This document shows, one piece after another, positions 49,004-57,415 of a stretch of DNA of 64,000 nucleotides; the first letter of the stretch is position 1, and every line of letters begins with the position of its first letter. Below the pieces are notes generated by a model. The model ran no database searches. It was not told the origin of the DNA and saw only the letters and a list, made by a program, of their open reading frames with translations. The position numbers and the translations under genes are program-made. Origin of the DNA: Gemmatimonadota bacterium. Its GTDB lineage: Bacteria; Gemmatimonadota; Gemmatimonadetes; Longimicrobiales; Gaopeijiaceae. Location of the stretch: assembly GCA_039589315.1 (NCBI GenBank), contig JBDHHQ010000006.1, forward strand, positions 1 to 64,000. The letters are read 5' to 3'.

Positions 49004-49708
49004 ATGCGAATTGTAAGAAGTCTTGCCGCCGCCACGGCAATTGCCGTCACCGCCGGATGCCAGCCCGGTGACTCCGTCGGTACGGCGTCTCTCGACACGG
49101 ACGACCAGAAGGCCAGCTATGCCATCGGCGTACAGGTCGGCAACAACCTCAAGCCGACCGGGGACCACCTCGACGAAGCCGCCTTCGTCAGGGGAATGAG
49201 GGATGCACTCGCAGAGGCCGAGCTGGCCCTCCCCGACGATTCGCTCCGGGCCGCTTCGCAGCGGCTCCAAGCCATCGTCCAGGAGGAGCAGTCCAAGGAG
49301 CGCGAGGTGGCCGCCGAGCGGAACAAGGCCGAAGGAGACGCCTACCTCGCCGAGAACGGCGCGCGAGATGGCGTGGAATCCACCGAGAGCGGTCTCCAGT
49401 ACGAGGTGATTCGGGAAGCCGAGGGGCCGACGCCCGGACCCACGGATCAGGTGACGATCCATTACACCGGGACGCTCATCGACGGGACCCAGTTCGACAG
49501 CTCCTACGACCGTGATGAGCCGGCGACTTTCGGGGTGACCGGCGTCATCCCCGGCTTCTCGGAGGGCCTGCAGCTCATGGAGGTCGGGAGTCAGTACCGG
49601 TTCGTGATTCCAGGGGCGCTCGGGTACGGCGAAGGCGGGGCGGGTGGGGACATCGGTCCCAACGCGACCCTCATCTTCGAGGTAGAGCTTCTGGAGATCG
49701 CCCAGTAG
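49004..49708 (+). CDS. FKBP-type peptidyl-prolyl isomerase (FkpA/Mip-like), lipoprotein
   Basis: ASYAIG, TESGLQYEV, VTIHYTGTLIDGTQFDSS, VIPGFSEGLQLM, IGPNATLIFEVELL. Confidence 0.95.
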   Translation: MRIVRSLAAATAIAVTAGCQPGDSVGTASLDTDDQKASYAIGVQVGNNLKPTGDHLDEAAFVRGMRDALAEAELALPDDSLRAASQRLQAIVQEEQSKEREVAAERNKAEGDAYLAENGARDGVESTESGLQYEVIREAEGPTPGPTDQVTIHYTGTLIDGTQFDSSYDRDEPATFGVTGVIPGFSEGLQLMEVGSQYRFVIPGALGYGEGGAGGDIGPNATLIFEVELLEIAQ

Positions 49709-49726
49709 CGACCGCTCCACAGAGCG

Positions 49727-49768
49727 CACGACGCCCCGGCCCCAGCGAGAGGGGACCGGGGCGTCGTG
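49727..49768 (+). terminator. Hairpin after FKBP gene
   Basis: 13-bp stem cacgacgccccgg / ccggggcgtcgtg. Weak U tract. Confidence 0.5.
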
Positions 49769-49994
49769 ATGCCCGCGCTCGATCGCACGACCCGTCCAAC
49801 AGGACGAAATCCTTCCATCCCGGCTGGCGCCACCATATCTTGGAGATGCCCATGAGCGCTCTGCGCCTGGCAAGCTCCGGCGCGTGGGACACCAACCCGA
49901 CGAGCGCAACCCGCACCGAGTAGGGCCGGTGGGCTGTCTGCAATTCCGCAGACGGTCCGTTCTCTCTGTATATCCCCCATAGGGAGAGAGCCCT

Positions 49995-50531
49995 ATGCAC
50001 AGGCTCGACTACATCGGCATCCTCGCAATCCTCTTGCTGCTCGGTCTTCGGGAGTCCACCGACCTTCACACCCAGATTCCCGACTCGAACCCCTTCACGG
50101 CGGCGGACGCCGAAGAAGGGGCCGCGCCGTGGGACGACGGCGTCCTGACGTTGGACCTGATCGCACGCGATGGCGCGTGGCTCGTTCGTGAGGAAGGTGG
50201 GGAGCCTGCGGTGAAGGCCTGGGACGTGGGTCCGGGCTCCCCGGACGACGACCCGATCACCCGGGTACCGCAGGGCGCGTTGGTGCTGACCAGGATTCGG
50301 AACGCCACCTCCCGGCCCCTGGAGGTCAGGGGTCCGTGGTCCCAGGGAGGGATGCCCCTCGAGCGGCTGGAGATTCCCCCCCAAAACGAAGGCACGGCGT
50401 GGTTCGCGGCCGAAGACCGAGGCCGGTTCGAGTACCGGGCCGTCCACTTGGGTGAGGCCCATGTCGACCGGGAGCCCAGGAGCTTCAACGGCGCGTTCGT
50501 GGTCGTGCCTGAAATCCGGCCGCCCCGTTGA
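49995..50531 (+). CDS. Hypothetical secreted protein, single cupredoxin-like domain
   Basis: GVLTLDLIAR...PITRVPQG...RIRN...GRFEY...FNGAFVV follows the pattern of multicopper oxidase domain 1 but lacks HxH ligands. Confidence 0.5.
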   Translation: MHRLDYIGILAILLLLGLRESTDLHTQIPDSNPFTAADAEEGAAPWDDGVLTLDLIARDGAWLVREEGGEPAVKAWDVGPGSPDDDPITRVPQGALVLTRIRNATSRPLEVRGPWSQGGMPLERLEIPPQNEGTAWFAAEDRGRFEYRAVHLGEAHVDREPRSFNGAFVVVPEIRPPR

Positions 50532-50694
50532 GGGCGGTCCCCGCCGTTGGGTCGGCCGAAGCTCGCCCCAGCGGAGGCGTCCAGGCTAGACTACAGCCGA
50601 CTCCCTGGAGACGTACCCGGACCCCCGAGGCTCGGGCGCCACTTCCGTCGAGGTGGCGCCAGCGTGCTTCGCGACCACAACGGAGGGCCAGACC

Positions 50695-51243
50695 GTGCAC
50701 ACAAGTAGGCGAGGGTCCAACCGAGAAGGGTCCGGCTGGCTCCGGCCCGACAGGCTCGGTCCTGTTTGGCTCCTGACCTCCATCGTCCTGGGCGCCGCGC
50801 CCGCGGGCGCCCAGGCGCCCTCTCCCGGCGTGCGAGACCTGAGCTTCATGGCCGGCTGCTGGGAGGGAGGCTTCGTCGCGCGGGACGGCACCGAGGGGAT
50901 CATCGAGGAGCACTACACCGCTCCGAGCGACGACCTCATGCTTGGCACGACCCGGTACCTGCTGGATGGCAAGGCCGTGCAGTTCGAGCTGACCTCGATC
51001 CGGGACGTGGACGGCGAGGTGTCGCTCCTTCCGTACCCGGGCGGCAGCGCGTCGCCGGACACCTTTCGACTGACTCGAGTCGAGGACGGTGCTGCGGTCT
51101 TCGAGGCCCCCGAGCACGACTTTCCCAGGCGGATCATCTACCGCCGAGCGGACGGTGACCGACTCGAGGCTCGCATCGACGACGGGACGGACGACGGCCA
51201 GGCTCGAGAGTGGCGGCTTCGACGGGTGGCGTGCCCGCGGTAG
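50695..51243 (+). CDS. DUF6265-like secreted hypothetical protein
   Basis: LSFMAGCWEG, EEHYTAP....MLG, FEAPEHDFPRRIIYRR. Confidence 0.7.
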   Translation: MHTSRRGSNREGSGWLRPDRLGPVWLLTSIVLGAAPAGAQAPSPGVRDLSFMAGCWEGGFVARDGTEGIIEEHYTAPSDDLMLGTTRYLLDGKAVQFELTSIRDVDGEVSLLPYPGGSASPDTFRLTRVEDGAAVFEAPEHDFPRRIIYRRADGDRLEARIDDGTDDGQAREWRLRRVACPR

Positions 51244-51324
51244 GGTTGGGTCGCCCCACGCTCGGACACTATGTTCAAGGGCCGCCCGCAGGGGCGGCCC
51301 CGTGCTGTCTTACCCTGGAGTCGA

Positions 51325-52830
51325 ATGCTGGACAGACCACTCAGCCGCGCATCCGCTCGCGCCCCTCTGCTTCGCGCATGGTGGGTGGCGTTGTCGGTTC
51401 TCCTCGCCTCGAGCCGCATCCTCGCGGGGCAGGCGGCCGACGCCGTTCGTGTGGAAGGTCGCGTGCTGGACGCGGAGACGGGTGGCGGCGTAGCCCGCGC
51501 GACGGTCCAGGTCGGCGAGCTCGGCGGCCCTGCGAGTGACCAGAGCGTCACGGACGGTCAGGGAGCCTTCGTCTTCGACGGATTGACGAGCGGGACCCTC
51601 CAGATCCGCGTGCAGCACATCGCGTACGGCCTCAGCACCGACACCCTGAGCGTTGCGGCGGGCGAGCTCGTCACCGTCGAGTACCGGGTCTCGGTCCAGC
51701 CCATCGAGGTCGTGGGAATCTCGGTTACCGCCAGGGCGCGCCGGGCCCCCGCCGAGCTCGCCCGTGGTACGCGTGTCGACGGGATGACGGCGGCCGAGGT
51801 GGACGCGGTCCGGACCCGGGTCAGCTCGATGGAGGATCTCCTCCGGCTCGGACGCGTCCCCGGCCTCTTCATCCGGGAGCAGAACGGCACGCTCTGCGTC
51901 GAGCGCAGCCGCGACCGCGCCCGCCTCGCGGGAGGGTGCAACATGGTGACGGTGGTCGTGGACGAGGTCGTCCAGACCGACGGCGCCGTCGCGGTGACGT
52001 TGCTGAACCCGGACTGGGTGGACAGTTGGGAGCTGGTTCCCTCGTCCGAGGCGGGCGTCCAGTACGGCCTCCTCTCGGGCAACGGCGTGCTCAAGATCCA
52101 GACGCGGAACGGACTGCGTCCTCCCCAGGGGTATGAGGGGATCGCCCAGACCGGGCCGCGCTGGGCCCTGTCGGCGGCCTTCCTCGCTGCCGGATCGTCG
52201 ACGCTGCACGACGGCGTCATCAGGATTCAGAGCGAGGGCGGAGTCGCCGGACTCGCCTACACGGAGCGCACGAGCACTTCGCCGGGCGTGGAGCTCGCCG
52301 TGCGCTGGAACTCCCGACGATGGGGATTCCTCGGAGTGACCGGCTACGGCTCCTCGGGGTCGTCCAACGCCGAGTACAACCTGGGCAACCGCATCGACAC
52401 GGTGGAGCGGGACTACAGCATCGCCGGCGTCGATCTGTGGTGGGGGGCGCCCCTCATGCGCAGAGGTGCGTGGAACGCGAGCCTGGCGCTGGGTCCCTCG
52501 CTGGCTTGGCAGAAGCTCACGGTGGAGGGGCACCCCCAGGAGCTCGGCGATCCCGGGGCGGATCCTCCACCGTCGGTGGAGTGGACGGACCGCAGCTGGT
52601 TCGCGCCGGGCGCCATGTTCCTCGGAGACCTGGGCTATGACTTCGGACCGAGAAGTGGGGTCTTCTTGGGCCTGTCGATCCGCCTGCTCTCGACCAGCGG
52701 CACCGAGAGCTGGGCGACGCAGGACCAGCAAGCCATCCTGGACGCCACGGGCAACGTCGTCGAGCTCACGTATCAGGGCGGCATCGCGGCGTCCTTCTCG
52801 CTCAGGACCGGCTTCCGCTGGTATCCGTAG
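51325..52830 (+). CDS. Outer-membrane protein: carboxypeptidase regulatory-like domain + plug-like domain + small beta-barrel
   Basis: VEGRVLDAETG..V..ATV...TDGQGAF, VPGL, YGLLSGNGVLKIQTR, amphipathic strands ending LRTGFRWYP. Confidence 0.65.
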   Translation: MLDRPLSRASARAPLLRAWWVALSVLLASSRILAGQAADAVRVEGRVLDAETGGGVARATVQVGELGGPASDQSVTDGQGAFVFDGLTSGTLQIRVQHIAYGLSTDTLSVAAGELVTVEYRVSVQPIEVVGISVTARARRAPAELARGTRVDGMTAAEVDAVRTRVSSMEDLLRLGRVPGLFIREQNGTLCVERSRDRARLAGGCNMVTVVVDEVVQTDGAVAVTLLNPDWVDSWELVPSSEAGVQYGLLSGNGVLKIQTRNGLRPPQGYEGIAQTGPRWALSAAFLAAGSSTLHDGVIRIQSEGGVAGLAYTERTSTSPGVELAVRWNSRRWGFLGVTGYGSSGSSNAEYNLGNRIDTVERDYSIAGVDLWWGAPLMRRGAWNASLALGPSLAWQKLTVEGHPQELGDPGADPPPSVEWTDRSWFAPGAMFLGDLGYDFGPRSGVFLGLSIRLLSTSGTESWATQDQQAILDATGNVVELTYQGGIAASFSLRTGFRWYP

Positions 52831-52866
52831 GCGGCTCGCCAGGCCCCCGGGAGCAGGCCTGCAGGA

Positions 52867-54618
52867 TCAATCGGTGCGCGCCGGCCGCGCCGGCCCGCGG
52901 ATCCACCGCCCTGGCCGCTCCCCCGTATAGGCCCCGTTGAGGATCACGGGCTCTCCATTCACGACCAGATGATGGACGCCCACGGCGTACTGATGCGGAT
53001 CCGTGTAGCTGGCACGGTCCGCGACCGCGCTCGGATCGAACACGGTGAGGTCCGCCAGCATGCCCTCGGCGACGAGCCCCCGCTCCATCTGGCCGTACTG
53101 CTCCGCCGGCATCCGCGTCATCTTCCTCACCGCCTCTTCCAGCGTGACCACGCCCAACTCCCTGACGTACCGGGCCAGCACCCTGGGGAACGCGCCGTAG
53201 CTGCGGGGATGGGGATAGCCGACTCCGTAGGCCACGGGGTCGCCGTCCGTCTCGATCATGGACACGGGATGCTGGAGAATCCGGATCACGTCCTCCTCTG
53301 CCATGCCATGGTATATTGCGCTGAAGCCCCCCTGAGTCTGCAGCTCCATGAGGACCGGAATCGCGGCATCGAGGGTGTTCGGCAGACCTCGGTCGGCCAG
53401 GACGTCGGCCATCGTCTTCCCGTTGAAGCGAGGATCGAAGCGCATGACCCGGATCTGGATGCGCCGCATGTCCTCACCCGGCCGGTCGCTCCGGATCAGA
53501 TCGCGCATCTCGGCTTCGATGCGCGGTCTCAGCTCGGGATCCGCGAACCGTCCGACCATCTCCTCGTGGCCCCCGGCCAGCACCCACTGGGGGAAGAGGA
53601 TGCTGGAGCCGGTCGAGGAGGCAGTGTAGGGGTAGAGGTCGTGGCGAACGTCCAATCCGGCCGCCCGGGCGGAATCGATCATGGCCAGCGTGGCCGCGGA
53701 TTGCCCCCACTGGGCCCGCCCCGCCGCCTTGTGGTGGTTGATCTGGGCCGGGATCCGGGCTTCGTCCGCGATGCGGATGACTTCGGCCACGCTCTCCAGT
53801 AGGCCCGAGGCTTCGTTGCGCATGTGACTCACGTAGATCCCGCCGTGCGCGCTGGCCACCTTGGCGAGCTCGATGACCTCCTCCGTCTCCGCGTATGCAG
53901 CCGGCACGTAGAGCAGGCCCGTGGAGAGCCCGAGAGCCCCCTGGCGCATGGTCGAGTCCACCAAGACCCGCATCTGCCCCAGCTCGCCCTCGGTAGGCGC
54001 CCGATTCTCCATGCCCAGCACCTGACGACGAGTCCAGGTATGGCCCGCGAAGAACCCGACGTTGACCGCCACGTCGAGGGATCGCGCGTACTCCTCGAGG
54101 GGCCAGGGCTGCCCTCCCGAGTGAAGGCTCGCGATGATCGTCGTGATGCCCTGTCGCGTGAAGTTCTCGGCCAGCGGGTACTCGTGGATGGTGGTCTGGA
54201 TGTGGGCGTGGTTGTCGATGAAGCCCGGCGCGACGACCAGCCCTTCGGCGTCGACCACCGTGGTGGCCAGGGAAGGATCGATCCCCTCGGTGGACACGGC
54301 GACGATGCGGTCCCCACGGATGGCCACGTCGGCTGCAAAACCTGGATCTCCCGAGCCGTCGACCACCGTCCCACCGACGAATGCCAGGTCGTAGAGGGTG
54401 TCCGCGGCTCCCGTGGCGGGGTCGCCACGGCCCCCGTCGGAGGGCGCGCACGCAGCGATCAGAAGGGCAAGCGTCGCAAGGGCCACGCGCCACGTGGCGC
54501 CCGGGATCGGGCGACAGAGAGTCGGGCGAGTCCTGGCGGCGGTGGTGCCCGTGTGGGCTCCACTCGGGGGGAGTCGGGTCATGCCGGGCAAGGCGCGGCG
54601 GTCGGGCGCATTGTCCAT
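52867..54618 (-). CDS. N-acyl-D-amino-acid deacylase family amidohydrolase
   Basis: VVDGSG, APGFIDNHAH, GLSTGLLYVP, SHMRNE, HPRSYGAFPRVL, ADLTVFDP. GGAGG RBS before ATG 54618. Confidence 0.88.
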   Translation of the reverse strand: MDNAPDRRALPGMTRLPPSGAHTGTTAARTRPTLCRPIPGATWRVALATLALLIAACAPSDGGRGDPATGAADTLYDLAFVGGTVVDGSGDPGFAADVAIRGDRIVAVSTEGIDPSLATTVVDAEGLVVAPGFIDNHAHIQTTIHEYPLAENFTRQGITTIIASLHSGGQPWPLEEYARSLDVAVNVGFFAGHTWTRRQVLGMENRAPTEGELGQMRVLVDSTMRQGALGLSTGLLYVPAAYAETEEVIELAKVASAHGGIYVSHMRNEASGLLESVAEVIRIADEARIPAQINHHKAAGRAQWGQSAATLAMIDSARAAGLDVRHDLYPYTASSTGSSILFPQWVLAGGHEEMVGRFADPELRPRIEAEMRDLIRSDRPGEDMRRIQIRVMRFDPRFNGKTMADVLADRGLPNTLDAAIPVLMELQTQGGFSAIYHGMAEEDVIRILQHPVSMIETDGDPVAYGVGYPHPRSYGAFPRVLARYVRELGVVTLEEAVRKMTRMPAEQYGQMERGLVAEGMLADLTVFDPSAVADRASYTDPHQYAVGVHHLVVNGEPVILNGAYTGERPGRWIRGPARPARTD

Positions 54619-54786
54619 GATTGCCTCCGGATCGGGCCACGAAGAGTAGCGCCGGACCGACCCCGTCGCACGACGCTCTCCACAGGGCCGGGTCGGCTCC
54701 GCCGCAATGCCCACCGACCGACCACTTGAGATTCGCGGGGCACGGCCCCCAAGTTGACGGCCTCACCCGAACCAGAGAGGCACCTG

Positions 54787-56346
54787 ATGACGAAGCTCTG
54801 GACGCCGACATGTCGCGGGGGGCTCGCGGTAGTCCTCGTCGCTGGGATGGCTTGCTCGGAGGCCGACGAGCCTGCCGCCGAGGCCGTGGTCGTATCCGCC
54901 GACGTGGAGGATCGTGACGCCGCGCTGGTGGCGCGTGCGGCACAGTTCGAGCTGAACACGGAGTGGGAGGTGCCTCCAGGAGATCCCTTCGAGCACTCGA
55001 CCGCGGGCTTCGCCAAGATCCTCTGTTCCGCGGTCTTCATCACCGGGCGGGACTGGAGGGAGGCGGCCGAGAACGCGGGCTACTTCGTCTCCAAGCCCGA
55101 GGAGCGCACGATCGTCACCGACACGGTGATCGATCTCGAGGGACGGGCGGTCCACCTCACCATGGAGAACGGCGTCACGCGCACCGCCAGGTTCTACGGC
55201 GATCAGGGGTGCGTGACACTGCCCAGGGGCGAGGACTCGGCGTACTTCGCGCCGGTCGCGGTGGAGAGCGCGCTCCCCGACGCCGCCACCACCCTCTGGC
55301 CCATGGGAGACCGGCTACCGGACGAGCCGCTGCCGCCCGGGGTCGATGCGGAGAAGGTGGCGGCCGCCGTGGAGGCCGCGTTCGATCCACCGGAGGGACT
55401 CACGGCCGCGTTCGTGGTCACCTACCGGGGCCGCATCATCGGCGAGCGCTATATGGACGGCCTGGACATGCACACCCAGCTCGCCAGCTGGTCCATGGGC
55501 AAGAGTCTCACCGGGACCCTGATGGGTCGCTTGATCCACATGGGTGTGTACGGGCTGTGGCAACCCGCCCCAGTTGATCCTTGGTATCAGGTGACCGACG
55601 ATCCACGGGCGGCGATCCGCATCGGCGACATCATGCGCATGTCGTCGGGCCTCCGCTTCGTGGCCCCGCAGGATCCGGACTACGAGTACGAGCTGGGCTA
55701 CCCGGCCGGGTATCCGGATCACATCTACGTGTACACCGGCGCCATCGACGCCTTCGAGTGGGCCACGACCCGACCGGCGCAATGGCCGCCCAACACCGTG
55801 GGTCGGTACCGAAACTCGGATCCCCTCACCATCAACTACCTGATCCGGAAGGCCGTGGAGGAGCGAGGTGAGGAGTATCTCACGTTCCCACAGCGAGAGC
55901 TCTTCGATCGCATCGGCATCCGCAAGATGTACCTGGAGACGGATCCGTATGGGAACCTCCTCCTGCAGGGCTACGACTTCGGCACGGGCCGCAACTGGGC
56001 TCGCCTCGGCAATCTCTACTTGCAGGACGGCGTGTGGCAGGGCGAGCGGCTCCTGCCCGAGGGCTGGTCCGATTACGCCGGCACCGTGGCCCCTGCATGG
56101 GAGGCCGACGGACGGATGCAGTACGGCGGGTCCTTCTTCTGGGTCAACGGCGAGGACCAGTTCCCGATCCCCCGGGACGCCTACTACATGGCGGGAGCGG
56201 GAGGGCAGAACACGATCATCATCCCCTCGCGCGACCTGGTCGTGGTGCGCCTCGGCCACTACAAGGGCAGCGGGCCGGGGCGCGACGCCCTGGAGCGGGC
56301 ACTCGAGCTGCTGATGGAGGCGGTGCCGGCGGGGTCGGGCTCGTGA
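54787..56346 (+). CDS. Serine hydrolase, beta-lactamase fold, lipoprotein
   Basis: SMGK (SxxK), YRN, LMxMSSGL-like segment, GAGGQ...IIPS.DLVVVRLG. Confidence 0.88.
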   Translation: MTKLWTPTCRGGLAVVLVAGMACSEADEPAAEAVVVSADVEDRDAALVARAAQFELNTEWEVPPGDPFEHSTAGFAKILCSAVFITGRDWREAAENAGYFVSKPEERTIVTDTVIDLEGRAVHLTMENGVTRTARFYGDQGCVTLPRGEDSAYFAPVAVESALPDAATTLWPMGDRLPDEPLPPGVDAEKVAAAVEAAFDPPEGLTAAFVVTYRGRIIGERYMDGLDMHTQLASWSMGKSLTGTLMGRLIHMGVYGLWQPAPVDPWYQVTDDPRAAIRIGDIMRMSSGLRFVAPQDPDYEYELGYPAGYPDHIYVYTGAIDAFEWATTRPAQWPPNTVGRYRNSDPLTINYLIRKAVEERGEEYLTFPQRELFDRIGIRKMYLETDPYGNLLLQGYDFGTGRNWARLGNLYLQDGVWQGERLLPEGWSDYAGTVAPAWEADGRMQYGGSFFWVNGEDQFPIPRDAYYMAGAGGQNTIIIPSRDLVVVRLGHYKGSGPGRDALERALELLMEAVPAGSGS

Positions 56347-56506
56347 GATGCGGAGGGATTCACATGCTCGCTCTACCGCGCTCCAGTGGTCGTGTCGAGA
56401 GCCCGTCCGGGCCCTCGTGAGCTGGGCGCCCGGCGGAGAGGCGGACCGCATCGCTCCCTTCTTCACCGAACGGCCCGTCGGCCAGCGGTAGGGAGGCCGG
56501 CGGAGC

Positions 56507-57415
56507 TCAGGCTCGCCGGAGGAGGGGGCGGGCCAGGCAGGTGGGGCCTCCGCACCCCTTGTGGCTGATCTCGGCGCCGTTGAAGACGATGACCTCCACC
56601 CCGGCTTCCTCCAGCCGGCGCCGGGTGACGGGGCTCCCGTCCACGGCCAGCACCTTGCGGGGGGCCAGCGCAAGGACGTTGGGTCCCTTCGAGTCCAGCT
56701 CTTCGGCCGGTACCTCGACGAGCTGCATCCCCCTCTCCAGAAGCGCCTGCCGGAACGGCACCGGCATGAGCGGCGAGTGGACCAGGGCGAGGTCGTGGTC
56801 CACGGGGCTCAGGATGGACATCAGGTGGAAGACGTCGTCAGGGCCACGGTGGTGGGGCAGGGGGACGACGATGAGCCGGTCGATCTCGTCCCGGACCAGA
56901 GCGCGGAGCTGGCGGATGCCCTCGTCGTTGGTCCGGTAACCTCGGCCAACGGCCAGCGTGCGCCGGTCCAGCCAGACGACGTCGCCTCCCTCGAGGCACC
57001 CCTCGCCCGTGATCTCGCCGAGGATGGGAATGCCCAGCGTCCTGAGTGCGGCAGCCTGGGCCGGTGGCTCGCCACGCCGCGCTGCCTTGCCCATCCGGCA
57101 GAGCACGACGCCCTGATCCGTCGTCACGGAGGCGTCGCGCACGTAGAGCGAATCGAGGCCCACGCTCTCGGCCGGCGGGAGCAGGTCCACGCGGACGCCC
57201 AATCCCTGGAAGACCGCCAGGAGCCGGTCGTATTCCTCCACCGCCCGCGCCAGGTCCGGCGGGCCCAAGTAGCGCAGGTCCTCCCACTCGGCAGCGATCC
57301 GCTCCTGGCTGAGGAACGCGTCCCGGGGGTGCTTCAGCAGGATGCGCTCCAGGGTCCCAACCTCGCACTGGGCGGTCAGCTCGATCGCCCGGGCGGGGGC
57401 GTGCGGGGGGGTCAC
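56507..57415 (-). CDS. Amidinotransferase / dimethylarginine dimethylaminohydrolase family protein
   Basis: DSLYVRD, RRGE, LEGGD, GYRTN, FHLMS, GGPTCL. GTG start overlaps the upstream stop. Confidence 0.85.
   Translation of the reverse strand: MTPPHAPARAIELTAQCEVGTLERILLKHPRDAFLSQERIAAEWEDLRYLGPPDLARAVEEYDRLLAVFQGLGVRVDLLPPAESVGLDSLYVRDASVTTDQGVVLCRMGKAARRGEPPAQAAALRTLGIPILGEITGEGCLEGGDVVWLDRRTLAVGRGYRTNDEGIRQLRALVRDEIDRLIVVPLPHHRGPDDVFHLMSILSPVDHDLALVHSPLMPVPFRQALLERGMQLVEVPAEELDSKGPNVLALAPRKVLAVDGSPVTRRRLEEAGVEVIVFNGAEISHKGCGGPTCLARPLLRRA

Noticed and set aside
4443..50613. Near-identical 18-19-mer gccgactccc(c)tggagacg at 4443-4461 and 50596-50613
   Set aside because: One such match with an indel is plausible by chance in 64 kb of GC-rich DNA, and the contexts differ.
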